From NCBI GenBank assembly GCA_015067075.1, contig SVND01000003.1, positions 20,632-84,631 of the forward strand: 64,000 nt of DNA, in the 5' to 3' direction. This DNA comes from Oscillospiraceae bacterium (GTDB lineage Bacteria; Bacillota; Clostridia; Oscillospirales; SIG530). The translations under genes were made by a program, and so were the position numbers. Positions 27,366 to 36,611 of the stretch are shown here, piece by piece (the first letter of the stretch is position 1; every line of letters starts with the position of its first letter). The notes under the pieces were generated by a model. The model had not been told where the DNA came from and searched no databases. It was given only the letters and a program-made list of their open reading frames with translations.

Positions 27366-28811
27366 TTATTTTACGCGAAGAAGTACTGCTTCACCTGATT
27401 TCAACGTCACGTTGAATCCTGCTTCTGTTTTTGCTATGCACTCGGAGCCGTCAAAGCTCTTCCAGCTCGAATCAGCGCTGTCAAACCATTCTAGTTCCTC
27501 TCCGCTTAAATCGTTAAGTCCAAAAACATTTGCGGGCGCATCCGTTGCAAATTCAAAGTTCATAAGATAGAATGAGCCGTCATCGTAAAAACCGACCATG
27601 CCGTTTTCGCCTTCCACCTTGCCCAACTCGCCGTATGCTTCATATTCAGGCGTTTTTCCTCCTGCACCTGTTTTTATCTGATAGACGCAATCCAGCTTCT
27701 TATCTGCAAGCTGATTGCCAACGGGGACAATATCCTTGGCGATATTCTGTACGAAATAATATTGCTCTGTTGGCTCAAAATCATATGTAACGAGTCCGCC
27801 GTTCTTCGATCCAAGATCTTCTCCTGCGTGCTTCAAATTCATCAACGTGAAATATGAAACGCACTTACAGCCGTAAACGAGATTGAGATTTGCTTCCCAA
27901 AGAAGCTGAGGCTGTTCAAGATATGAATAGCTCCAATGCTGGCTTGCTAAAACTATCAACGCTGTCGGAACATCTGCACCTTTACCTGCCATAGCGACTT
28001 CGTAAAGGTCATCCAAATAACCTTTTTTATTCCTATGCGTAACAGGATTATTCACAAAGTCATATCTGTCCAATGAAATAGCATCCGGCGTACACACCTC
28101 AACGAATTTTGCCATATATTCTTCAAAAGTCGCACAGCCAAGCTGCTGTTCTTTTGCATACGACGGGAAAAGATTTATCAGCACGGGGCGATTCCTTTTG
28201 TCATATCTGCGGAAGGCATCCGTAATCATTGAAAGCGCCTTGAAATGCGTAGCGGAAGGCTCGTCACGAAGCTGCCATTCGACAACATTCGGTATATCGC
28301 CGTAATCGGAAATAATTCTTGCTACAGCTTGATTTATCTTTCCCTGACCGGGTAAATTATCTTCCGTGCGAGAATTGTACGTCCAAAGCTCATGGTGCAA
28401 ATAAAGGCATATATCCATGCCGTATTTTTCTGCCCAAGCCGCAACTTCTTTTACTTTAGCAGGGTTATTTTTACCCTGCAACGCCATGCGTGTAAAGCCG
28501 CAGTCGGCGATGAGCTTGACTATCTCCTCGGTGCACTGTTCAGGGTCAGGTCCGAAATAATATGTAAAAACAAATTCCTTATATGCGTTGCGATCCATAT
28601 TTATCAGCTCCTCAGGTATCGGTGTCGGCGTAGGTGTAGCCGCAGGGGTAGGCGTTACCGTCGGCGTCGGCGTGAGCGTTGCCGTCGGAGTAGGTGTAGA
28701 CGTTTCAGTTATCGTAGGTGTCGGTGTTTCTTCAACAGTAGGCGCTTTATTGCAAGCAAAAAGTGTAAGCAAGGCAAGCACTGCCAAAGCAACGATCAGA
28801 ATCTTTTTCAT
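27366..28811 (-). CDS. Lipoprotein with Thr/Pro stalk and putative TIM-barrel glycoside hydrolase domain
   Basis: LFAC lipobox, TPTPT linker; QLRDEP, INLFP, SLDRY, YG.K...YF pattern typical of GH42-like/clan GH-A-like uncharacterised proteins. Confidence 0.6.
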   Translation of the reverse strand: MKKILIVALAVLALLTLFACNKAPTVEETPTPTITETSTPTPTATLTPTPTVTPTPAATPTPTPIPEELINMDRNAYKEFVFTYYFGPDPEQCTEEIVKLIADCGFTRMALQGKNNPAKVKEVAAWAEKYGMDICLYLHHELWTYNSRTEDNLPGQGKINQAVARIISDYGDIPNVVEWQLRDEPSATHFKALSMITDAFRRYDKRNRPVLINLFPSYAKEQQLGCATFEEYMAKFVEVCTPDAISLDRYDFVNNPVTHRNKKGYLDDLYEVAMAGKGADVPTALIVLASQHWSYSYLEQPQLLWEANLNLVYGCKCVSYFTLMNLKHAGEDLGSKNGGLVTYDFEPTEQYYFVQNIAKDIVPVGNQLADKKLDCVYQIKTGAGGKTPEYEAYGELGKVEGENGMVGFYDDGSFYLMNFEFATDAPANVFGLNDLSGEELEWFDSADSSWKSFDGSECIAKTEAGFNVTLKSGEAVLLRVK

Positions 28812-29010
28812 GCTATCATTCCTTTAAAATGTTTTATTTAAATATACCTTATTTTCGGCAAATTGTCAAGCCTTTTTCGCTCGTCGTCGCATTTGCGGTG
28901 CTTTGATTGCGTATTATTTTTAAAAAATAACGCAAGTGTAAAACGCTTCATAGTTAGACATATTGACAATGAAATTTTTTTAGTATATAATTAAAATATA
29001 TACCAAAATC

Positions 29011-29099
29011 AGGAGGGTACATTATGAAAAAAGCTGTGATAATCATTTCCGTATGTCTTGTTTTCCTTTTTAGTGTCGTTCTCTTAGCTATTGTAAACA
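29011..29099 (+). repeat. 89-bp direct repeat copy 1 (RBS + first ~25 codons)
   Basis: Matches 30143-30231 with 2 synonymous mismatches. Confidence 0.95.
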
Positions 29100-30124
29100 G
29101 ACCTGCAGTTACACTTGATTCTAATCTTTTAAATGCACCCTTTGCCGAGGGTGAGATCAGCATGTCTCTAAAAGGATGGACTGTGCCCGAAGAGCGAAAA
29201 TACGGTTATGTCTCTTGCTTGGAAAAATCAGAGACATATATCGATGTTTCATGTACATACACCGTGGATGATGACGGTACTCTGTATTTTTACGACACTT
29301 ATAATTCTTTGATCAAAATATTTCAGGACGGCAAGCAGACCTCACAAATAGATATGCGTCAAATCTTTCCTGAGTATTTTGATGAGTTTGAAACCTGCGA
29401 TTTGCTTTATATATGTGTGTCCGAAGGTCACATCTTTGCTACTGAATATTCAAATTCTTTAGTCTTAAAAATCAGCGAAGCAGGTACTGAAAAGATAAAT
29501 ATAAACAAAGAAAATGTACGATTCATGGAATTAAGAAAAACTATAGATGGAAAAGTTTTATTAGATATTACCGATAATGACTATAATTACAACGGATTTT
29601 ACTGCCTTTATGATCCGTCAGGCGAACTTGAACAATCTGTTCTTTATGCGCCGAATAAAACAAATTATCACAAAATCGACACACGCGAAGGCTATTATCC
29701 TGAGATCTATCGCAATCCAAATGGGCAAACCATCAAATACACTTCACCTGATTATTGTCTGCACGAGATATATGTTTTAAATGAAAAGAATTGGTTAACA
29801 AATAAAATTAAATTCAACTCAAAAGAAGAGCTTCGCGACAGCGGCTACATGGGCAGCATAAGTGCATTGCATCTTGATGCAGACATCAATGGCAACATTT
29901 ATTTCAGGATCAATGCTTATGAAGACGACTATGACAGGACTTTTTTAGTTAAAATCAATATAACAGATAACACCTTGGAAAATATAGAGATACCTCATGT
30001 AGGATCCGCCAGCGACGACTCATATTCCGATTCTTTGTCCGAATCTGTTTGTCTGAACGGTGATATATTTATCCCTTATGTCAACTCGGAAGGTATTGAA
30101 ATTCGTAAGTTTTCATTCGATTAA
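29024..30124 (+). CDS. Hypothetical membrane-anchored/secreted protein, beta-propeller-like, paralog 1
   Basis: N-terminal hydrophobic anchor; VDDDGTLYF and ADINGNIYF blade-like motifs; AT-rich. Confidence 0.7.
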   Translation: MKKAVIIISVCLVFLFSVVLLAIVNRPAVTLDSNLLNAPFAEGEISMSLKGWTVPEERKYGYVSCLEKSETYIDVSCTYTVDDDGTLYFYDTYNSLIKIFQDGKQTSQIDMRQIFPEYFDEFETCDLLYICVSEGHIFATEYSNSLVLKISEAGTEKININKENVRFMELRKTIDGKVLLDITDNDYNYNGFYCLYDPSGELEQSVLYAPNKTNYHKIDTREGYYPEIYRNPNGQTIKYTSPDYCLHEIYVLNEKNWLTNKIKFNSKEELRDSGYMGSISALHLDADINGNIYFRINAYEDDYDRTFLVKINITDNTLENIEIPHVGSASDDSYSDSLSESVCLNGDIFIPYVNSEGIEIRKFSFD

Positions 30125-30142
30125 GTAAAGCTGTGTTTTAAA

Positions 30143-30231
30143 AGGAGGGTACATTATGAAAAAAGCTGTAATAATCATTTCCGTATGTCTTGTTTTCCTT
30201 TTTAGTGTCGTTCTCTTAGCCATTGTAAACA
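30143..30231 (+). repeat. 89-bp direct repeat copy 2
   Basis: Matches 29011-29099. Confidence 0.95.
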
Positions 30232-31235
30232 AACCTATCGATTTAATTACCGTAGATTATTTCACTATACCATTAGTCAAAGGCGAAAAGGTTGACATAG
30301 ACTTTAAGCTCGAATCCAACTCATGCGCATTTACTGTAGCCGACGACGGTACGATATATGCATATGAGATATACGGAGGCACCTCCTTGCTCATGGGCTT
30401 TCGTGACGGCGAACAGGTCTGGCAAGCAGATATGCGTCAGCTTTTCGATTACGGCTTTAACGAGCTTCTCGGCTGCCGCCTTTCTCAATTACACTACGCA
30501 AACGGATATATCTACGCTTTTGAAAGCGCAAGCGACTCTATTTTAAAGATAAACGAAACATCGGCTGAAACACTTGATATTGAAATACGAAACGGAGACG
30601 AATGTATCATAAGAAAAACAAACGATGGTATGCTTTTCGCTCATATCATGGATGATGAAACGCACGACATTTCCACTTACTGCGTTTACGACCCGTCAGG
30701 CGAAACCGCTCCCGGTGAGCTTTTGACCCAGCCGAATGATACGGATGGCTATCTGCTCCATTCGGAAAACTATTATTCTTACGATCTCGAAAACCGCTTT
30801 GAATTCCTTACACCCGACGGCAATATTATCCGCTGTGTAGATGATTTTGACAAGAATAACTCTTTCCATACGATAAAAATTTTCGACAAAAACTATGAGC
30901 TTTTGGATAAATTCTCTTTTGACATCGATTTTAGTTCCAATTCACTCAACGGTAAGACTGTAGCTTCAGATTATTTCACAACTTACTTGTATGCTCCCAT
31001 CGGCGCTGACGCAAAGGACAACATTTATTTCCCAATATTCTTTGCAAAGAATAAGGACAGAGATTTTCTTCTCAAGGTAAATGTTGCATCCAAAACAGTC
31101 ACAGCCATTGAGATATGCTCTCCCGTTTCATCTTACGATCTGCTTGTTTCGGCAGACGGCGACGTGTATATGGGATATGTTGAAGACGGAGAACTAAAGC
31201 TTTTAAGGTTTACTTTCGATAAACAGAAAGGATAA
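30156..31235 (+). CDS. Hypothetical membrane-anchored/secreted protein, beta-propeller-like, paralog 2
   Basis: First 25 aa identical to paralog 1; shares DMRQ.F, YC.YDPSGE, NIYF, F.FD motifs. Confidence 0.7.
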   Translation: MKKAVIIISVCLVFLFSVVLLAIVNKPIDLITVDYFTIPLVKGEKVDIDFKLESNSCAFTVADDGTIYAYEIYGGTSLLMGFRDGEQVWQADMRQLFDYGFNELLGCRLSQLHYANGYIYAFESASDSILKINETSAETLDIEIRNGDECIIRKTNDGMLFAHIMDDETHDISTYCVYDPSGETAPGELLTQPNDTDGYLLHSENYYSYDLENRFEFLTPDGNIIRCVDDFDKNNSFHTIKIFDKNYELLDKFSFDIDFSSNSLNGKTVASDYFTTYLYAPIGADAKDNIYFPIFFAKNKDRDFLLKVNVASKTVTAIEICSPVSSYDLLVSADGDVYMGYVEDGELKLLRFTFDKQKG

Positions 31236-31257
31236 AATCGGAATTTTTATAATTATT

Positions 31258-31292
31258 AAAAAGAACCTATGGATCGCATAGGTTCTTTTTTT
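31258..31292. terminator. Bidirectional terminator
   Basis: AAAAAGAACCTATG/CATAGGTTCTTTTT. Confidence 0.75.
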
Positions 31293-31302
31293 ATATTCTG
31301 CT

Positions 31303-31578
31303 TTAATGAACTATTTTTTTGTCGTTGTTTTTATTTATAAAATATACTACAAGATTTACACTGACCATCAAAAGATTTATTATATAGACGGCAAGTACAA
31401 AGCTGATATTATTTGTGTATATTTTCGCAATTATACCTGCGACGTATCCGACAATGATAAGCAAAATAAAACTCAGGCTCATGGATCTTGCCGTTTTAGC
31501 TTTAATATTTTTATAAACGGATACGGGCCATGAACAGCCGAAGCAAACAAGCATTACAGTTTCCAAAATCTCAGACAT
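31303..31578 (-). CDS. Small PQ-loop/SemiSWEET-like 3-TM membrane protein
   Basis: GGAGGA RBS; MLVCFG.SWP.S..K..K.KT...MS motif; three hydrophobic segments. Confidence 0.7.
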   Translation of the reverse strand: MSEILETVMLVCFGCSWPVSVYKNIKAKTARSMSLSFILLIIVGYVAGIIAKIYTNNISFVLAVYIINLLMVSVNLVVYFINKNNDKKIVH

Positions 31579-31665
31579 AATACATTCCTCCAAAAAAATA
31601 TTTTCAGTATCTATATTATATCATTGACTTTTCATAATGTCCAATATATAATATTTATATAAATA

Positions 31666-31680
31666 ATAACTTTTAGTTAT
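31666..31680. promoter_or_regulatory. LysR-type T-N11-A box
   Basis: ATAAC-N5-GTTAT in the divergent intergenic region next to the LysR gene. Confidence 0.55.
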
Positions 31681-31693
31681 ATAAGGAGCAAAT

Positions 31694-32560
31694 ATGGAGC
31701 TTACACAAATTAAATATTTCCTCGAAGCCGCACGGACACAGCACATAACAAAAAGCGCACAGCGTTTACACATTGCACAGCCCGCTCTCAGCAAGGCTAT
31801 ACACAATTTGGAACAGGAGCTCGGTGTGCCGCTTTTCATGCGAAGGGGCAGAAACATCCGTTTGACGCAGTATGGCGAATACCTTAGGGACAAGCTTTCA
31901 CCCGTTATGACTGCTGTAGACGGCATTCCCGATGAGCTTTCACATATGACGGAAATTGAAAGCAGAACCATTCGTTTAGCAGTATCTGCCGCATCAACTC
32001 TCGTTACACAAGCCATAATCGAATATAAGCGCAATCATCCTCAAGTGAATTTTCACGTTATACAAAACCCCGATAACGAGCTTTTTGATATTGAAATTAC
32101 AACTGCACCCATATATGAAAAAGCTGTGGACGAAAGCGTTTTTGTTTGTACTGAAAAAATATTTATCGCCGTGGCGGACAACGAAAAATATAACAACATT
32201 GACAGCATAAATCTTGAGCAAATTAAAGACGAGGGTTTTATCAGCCTTTTCGGTTCGAAACAGCTTCGCAGTATTTGTGATAGCTTTTGTCAAATTGCAG
32301 GCTTTTCTCCCAGTATAATTTTTGAAAGTGACAGTCCTGATGCTGTAAAAAACATGATAGCCGCTAGCATCGGCATCGGCTTTTGGCCTGAATTTACATG
32401 GGGAAGCACAAATAACAGCCACATAAAGCTTATAGAAATAGTATCGCCCATCTGCAAACGTGATATAATCATAAAACATAAAAGTATTAAAACCGATACA
32501 AAAATCACCGAAAGCTTTTTTCAATTTTTAAAGGAATACTTTTTGAGCAGGAAAATGTGA
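31694..32560 (+). CDS. LysR family transcriptional regulator
   Basis: HITKSAQRLHIAQPALSKAIHNLEQELGVPLF.R.GR HTH. Confidence 0.94.
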   Translation: MELTQIKYFLEAARTQHITKSAQRLHIAQPALSKAIHNLEQELGVPLFMRRGRNIRLTQYGEYLRDKLSPVMTAVDGIPDELSHMTEIESRTIRLAVSAASTLVTQAIIEYKRNHPQVNFHVIQNPDNELFDIEITTAPIYEKAVDESVFVCTEKIFIAVADNEKYNNIDSINLEQIKDEGFISLFGSKQLRSICDSFCQIAGFSPSIIFESDSPDAVKNMIAASIGIGFWPEFTWGSTNNSHIKLIEIVSPICKRDIIIKHKSIKTDTKITESFFQFLKEYFLSRKM

Positions 32561-32576
32561 TTTACCTCCTTTGTGT

Positions 32577-32605
32577 GCATATTCGGTGCAAGACCGTAAT
32601 AAACT
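32577..32605 (+). promoter_or_regulatory. Possible sigma-E (mother cell) promoter
   Basis: GCATATT-14 bp-AATAAACT resembles the sigma-E consensus and precedes the spoIVF-like pair. Confidence 0.35.
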
Positions 32606-32642
32606 ATACCATGCAATATGTGTACAGGCAAGGAGGACAAAC

Positions 32643-33572
32643 GTGGCTTTTTATATTTACGACGAGGAAAAACAGCTTCCCGAGGTGATCTTGCTCGGTG
32701 ACGGCACAGAAAACAGCACAGATGGCACGCACGATGAGCTTGATGACGAACCGAAAGAAAGCTTTGTTCCCACACAAAACGAGCGAAAAAAGCCTTTTCC
32801 CTCATCTGTTTTTGCTGTGCAATGCTTTTTTTCCGCCTTGCTTATTCTCGTTGTTGTAATAATTAAGTGGACCAACACCTTGCCGTCCGACTCTGCTTCG
32901 GCTATGGCTCAAAGTATTTCTCACGGCGCAAGCTTTTCCGAGCTTAACGAGCAGCTTTGGAGCATTATCGAGGAAAGTGAGCTTCTGTCTTACGCATTTA
33001 ACACCCCCTCCGATGCAACCGCCGTTTACAAGGATATTATTGTGCCTGCAAAAAAAATCGAAACCTTTTCCGTAAGCTACGGTATACACGGCTGGCAAAC
33101 GGCAGAAAAAGATTACTTTTCACCCTATATCCCTGCCGCGCGCATATCCGCACTCGGCACTTTGAAAAAGCACACACCGAGCTATGCTTTCATTGCGCCT
33201 GTTATGGGGCGTATAAGCTCTCCCTTCGGCGACAGAATAGATCCCATCGACGGCAAAACAGCCTTTCACAAGGGAATAGATATTGCCGTACCTTCCGGCA
33301 CTGCCATCTGCGCTGTCGCCACGGGCTTTATTTCCTCCGTCGGACAAACGGAATCATACGGAAACTGCGTTACCGTCGCTCACAGCGGCGGCTATTATTC
33401 ATTTTACGCCCATTGTCAGAAGATACTCGTCAGCGAAGGCGATACCGTTTCACAAGGCGATATAATTGCACTTGTGGGGTCTACCGGTAAATCAACGGGA
33501 AATCACCTGCATTTTGAGCTCCGTCACGACGGTATTTACGTCGATCCCCTTGACTTTTTCACGATACCATGA
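32643..33572 (+). CDS. M23 peptidase domain protein with one TM helix (SpoIVFA-like by context)
   Basis: AGGAGG RBS before GTG 32643; ISSPFG.R, HKGID, YAHC, STGNHLHFE; overlaps the M50 gene. Confidence 0.82.
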   Translation: MAFYIYDEEKQLPEVILLGDGTENSTDGTHDELDDEPKESFVPTQNERKKPFPSSVFAVQCFFSALLILVVVIIKWTNTLPSDSASAMAQSISHGASFSELNEQLWSIIEESELLSYAFNTPSDATAVYKDIIVPAKKIETFSVSYGIHGWQTAEKDYFSPYIPAARISALGTLKKHTPSYAFIAPVMGRISSPFGDRIDPIDGKTAFHKGIDIAVPSGTAICAVATGFISSVGQTESYGNCVTVAHSGGYYSFYAHCQKILVSEGDTVSQGDIIALVGSTGKSTGNHLHFELRHDGIYVDPLDFFTIP

Positions 33573-34174
33573 GCTTTGCTTTGAAAATAGGACGTGTTTA
33601 TTTTTCTCCTGTCACGGTAGTAACAGCTTTGATGATAGTATATTTATCGGAAAGCGCGTTTGCGCTTTTAATATACGCTTTTGCGGCGATACACGAGCTT
33701 GGACACCTTACTTGCATGAAGCTTTGCAAAATAAAAACGGAAAGAGTTGATATTTATCCTCTTTCCGTTGCTATAACGCCTGATAAAACGCGTTTTTTGA
33801 CATATCGCCAGCAAGCAATAATTGCCGCAGGCGGACCGCTTACAAGCCTTTTTTCCGCCGTCCTTTTCCTTGCCGTCGGTCACTTTTTTCATTTCACCTC
33901 ATTGCCTATTTGCGTTTTCGGCAATCTTTGGCTTTTCCTTATAAATATGCTTCCTATACCGCTTTTGGATGGAGGTAAAATCTTTGAGTCTTTCATAATG
34001 ACTCGGACAGATTTTATTAAAGGAGAACAAATTTGCAAAATATGTGCATATACAGCTTGCGCCGTCAGCGCACTGGCGGGCTGTTACATTTTTTACATAA
34101 CAAAATACAATGCATCGCTGCTTATAACGTCCATTTACATGGCTATCTCGCTATATTTTTCGCCTCGCTCATAG
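33569..34174 (+). CDS. M50 site-2 protease (SpoIVFB-like)
   Basis: HELGH, AGGP, NMLPIPLLDGG. Confidence 0.85.
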   Translation: MSFALKIGRVYFSPVTVVTALMIVYLSESAFALLIYAFAAIHELGHLTCMKLCKIKTERVDIYPLSVAITPDKTRFLTYRQQAIIAAGGPLTSLFSAVLFLAVGHFFHFTSLPICVFGNLWLFLINMLPIPLLDGGKIFESFIMTRTDFIKGEQICKICAYTACAVSALAGCYIFYITKYNASLLITSIYMAISLYFSPRS

Positions 34175-34849
34175 CTTGCTGTAGGGGCATACGCGCAGGC
34201 AAATGCCGCAAACAGCTCCGCGGCCCACATCCTTATACGTTTTCATATTTGCCGAGCATTTTGCCGCGTCAAAAACTGTATCTCGCGATGCACCCGGCAC
34301 GTAAAGCGCGCCCGTTATGGCTTTTGCTGGACACGCATCACGGCACGCCGTGCATTCTCCGCATCCGTTTTCAATTATTTCAGCTTCCGCTTCAAAGGGT
34401 ATGTCTGTCAGCACCGTTGCAAAACGGAGCTTTGCACCGTGCTCTGGGTTTATGAGAAGTCCCGACCTGCCGATAAAGCCCAATCCCGATGCTACAGCCG
34501 CCGTTTTATGAGGAAAGACTCCGCGGAAGGATTCCTTGTCGTCGGCTGTGCTTTGTGAAGCCGCTATGGGGAATGCCTGTCCGCCTGCACGCTCAATAAG
34601 CGTTGCCGCGTCGAAGGCAAGCTGATCCAAGCGCGCATTGGCTGTCCTATACTGCTGAAAATACATAATAGACGGTCTATCCTCGATGGTTTTCAGTACC
34701 GCATCTGGTAGCTTTACAGCAATTGATACAGCATAGGGAAGCTCAGGAAAAGGCAGCTGCACCTGCGAAGGAATTCGGCAGAAGCCAACCTTCGCCGCAC
34801 CGTTTTCCGTGAGCTTTTTCGTTATTTCCTTTTGCAATTCCGATACCAT
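34169..34849 (-). CDS. QueG-like / 2x[4Fe-4S] reductase domain protein
   Basis: HKTAAVASGLGFIGRSGLLI.P.HG..LR..TVLT, CGECTACRDACP, CGICLRVCP; GGAG RBS before ATG 34849. Confidence 0.72.
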   Translation of the reverse strand: MVSELQKEITKKLTENGAAKVGFCRIPSQVQLPFPELPYAVSIAVKLPDAVLKTIEDRPSIMYFQQYRTANARLDQLAFDAATLIERAGGQAFPIAASQSTADDKESFRGVFPHKTAAVASGLGFIGRSGLLINPEHGAKLRFATVLTDIPFEAEAEIIENGCGECTACRDACPAKAITGALYVPGASRDTVFDAAKCSANMKTYKDVGRGAVCGICLRVCPYSKL

Positions 34850-34866
34850 ATATCTCTCCAAAGCAA

Positions 34867-36231
34867 TCAGACAAGTATTTTTTCATCGGGCAATGGCTTG
34901 AATTTCCGTTTGACCACGAAAAAGCAAACCAACAAAATAAGCGCCGTTATTACCCATGAAACAGGGTATGAAAGGAAGAGCGTTTCCAGCGTTCTGTTTG
35001 CCTTGAATATTGTATATATCCAAGCTATACGCAATCCGCATACACCTAAAACAGACACGAGCATAGGTCCTAACGACGAGCCCATACCACGCAAAAGTCC
35101 CACGAGCACGTCCATTATACCGCAGGTAAAATACGTTGTGGCAATTATAGACATACGGATAGCACCGTATTTAATGACTTCGGGATCGGATTCATATATG
35201 CCGATAAGCGGCTCGCGAGCCAAAAATGCCGCCGCGCCTAAAACAAGCCCTATAACGCTGACATATATTACGGAAACTCGCGCAACATAGCTGATGCGGT
35301 TATATTTTTTCGCACCGATATTCTGTCCCATAAAGGAAAGTGCCGCTTGATGAAACGCATTCATCGCTACCCAGATAAAGCCCTCGATGTTTGCCGCGGC
35401 AGTATTTCCCGCCATAACAATTGTTTCAAAGCTGTTGACGGAGCTTTGTATGAGCACGTTTGAAATAGAGAAGGTCATGCCCTGAAGTCCCGAGGGGATA
35501 CCGACCTTAGCCATGCCGATGACCTTGTCCTTGAATATGCGAAGTCTCTTTAGATCAAGCCTCATGCATCCGTCGTAATTGCAAAGGTTCAGCGTTACCA
35601 ATACGGCAGAAACAGCCTGCGATACTGTCGTTGCGATAGCAACACCCGCAACGTCCATATGAAACACGATTACCGTAAACAAATTCAAAATCACGTTTAC
35701 AACGCCCGCAATAGCAAGGTATATCATGGGGCGTTTTGTATCTCCTACGGCTCGCAAAAGCGATGCACCGAAATTGTAAAGCGACATAAACGGCAATCCG
35801 ACAAAATATATTCGCATATAAAGCGTCGCTTTATCTATAACATCGTCGGGGGTATCCATAAGGGCAAGCATCGGCTTCGAAAGGAAAAATCCGATTATAC
35901 CGACTATAACGCCGCCTACCAATGCAACAGTTATGGCTGTGTGCACAGTTTCGTTTACGTCCTTATCCTGTCTTGCACCGTAATACTGGGCAACCAAAAC
36001 GGATGCACCGACTGACAGACCAAGCAAAAGATTTACTATAAGATTGACAAGCGAGCCCGTACATCCTACTGCGGACAGCGATTCCTTGCCTGCAAAGTTT
36101 CCGATAACCACAAGGTCTGCGGCATTGAAAAGAAGCTGCAGCATGCTTGACAGTATAAGCGGTATAGCAAACACGAGCATTTTGCCCCATAAGCTGCCGC
36201 TAGTCATATCTATTTCATATTTTCTACTCAT
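34867..36231 (-). CDS. MATE family efflux transporter
   Basis: P.ILSS.LQLLFNAAD, RAVGDTKRP, GVAIAT..SQ, GQNIGA. Confidence 0.93.
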   Translation of the reverse strand: MSRKYEIDMTSGSLWGKMLVFAIPLILSSMLQLLFNAADLVVIGNFAGKESLSAVGCTGSLVNLIVNLLLGLSVGASVLVAQYYGARQDKDVNETVHTAITVALVGGVIVGIIGFFLSKPMLALMDTPDDVIDKATLYMRIYFVGLPFMSLYNFGASLLRAVGDTKRPMIYLAIAGVVNVILNLFTVIVFHMDVAGVAIATTVSQAVSAVLVTLNLCNYDGCMRLDLKRLRIFKDKVIGMAKVGIPSGLQGMTFSISNVLIQSSVNSFETIVMAGNTAAANIEGFIWVAMNAFHQAALSFMGQNIGAKKYNRISYVARVSVIYVSVIGLVLGAAAFLAREPLIGIYESDPEVIKYGAIRMSIIATTYFTCGIMDVLVGLLRGMGSSLGPMLVSVLGVCGLRIAWIYTIFKANRTLETLFLSYPVSWVITALILLVCFFVVKRKFKPLPDEKILV

Positions 36232-36267
36232 TTTTCGTCCTTCTTCAAAATAAAAACTTAACGCATA

Positions 36268-36294
36268 AATAAAGGCAGGTATACTGCCTTTATT
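36268..36294 (-). terminator. Terminator-like hairpin distal to the queA repeats
   Basis: AATAAAGGCAG-GTATA-CTGCCTTTATT. Confidence 0.65.
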
Positions 36295-36611
36295 CTATAA
36301 ACATCACATCTGCAAACCTGACGGCTTGCAGGAGATAAAGAGTAAGAGTGAATAGTGAATAAGTTCGGTGGATTTTCGCCGCAGGCAAAAATCTTCATTA
36401 CCTCTTCACTGAATAAAGGACGCCGTCCTTTATTCTATAAACATCGCATCTGCAAACCTAACGGCTTGCAGGAGGTAAAAAGTAAGAGTGAATAGTGAAT
36501 AAGTTCGGTGGATTTTCGCCGCAGGCAAAAATCTTCATTACCTCTTCACTTTTCACTATTACCTCTTCACTGAATAAAGGACGCCGTCCTTTATTCTATA
36601 AACATCGCATC
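36287..36611. repeat. Tandem structured repeat (140 bp + 161 bp units) with three copies of the queA 3'-terminal 24-mer
   Basis: CCTTTATTCTATAAACATC(A/G)CATC starts at 36287, 36427 and 36588; the units are near identical apart from a 21-bp indel. Confidence 0.93.

Noticed and set aside
28906-28935. Imperfect palindrome TTGCG-TATTATTTTT/AAAAAATAA-CGCAA between divergent genes
   Set aside because: Mostly A/T runs, with no second copy or candidate regulator; function cannot be supported.
36287-36611. CRISPR array interpretation of the repeats
   Set aside because: The intervening sequences are near identical and over 100 bp long, not unique spacers; no cas genes are present.
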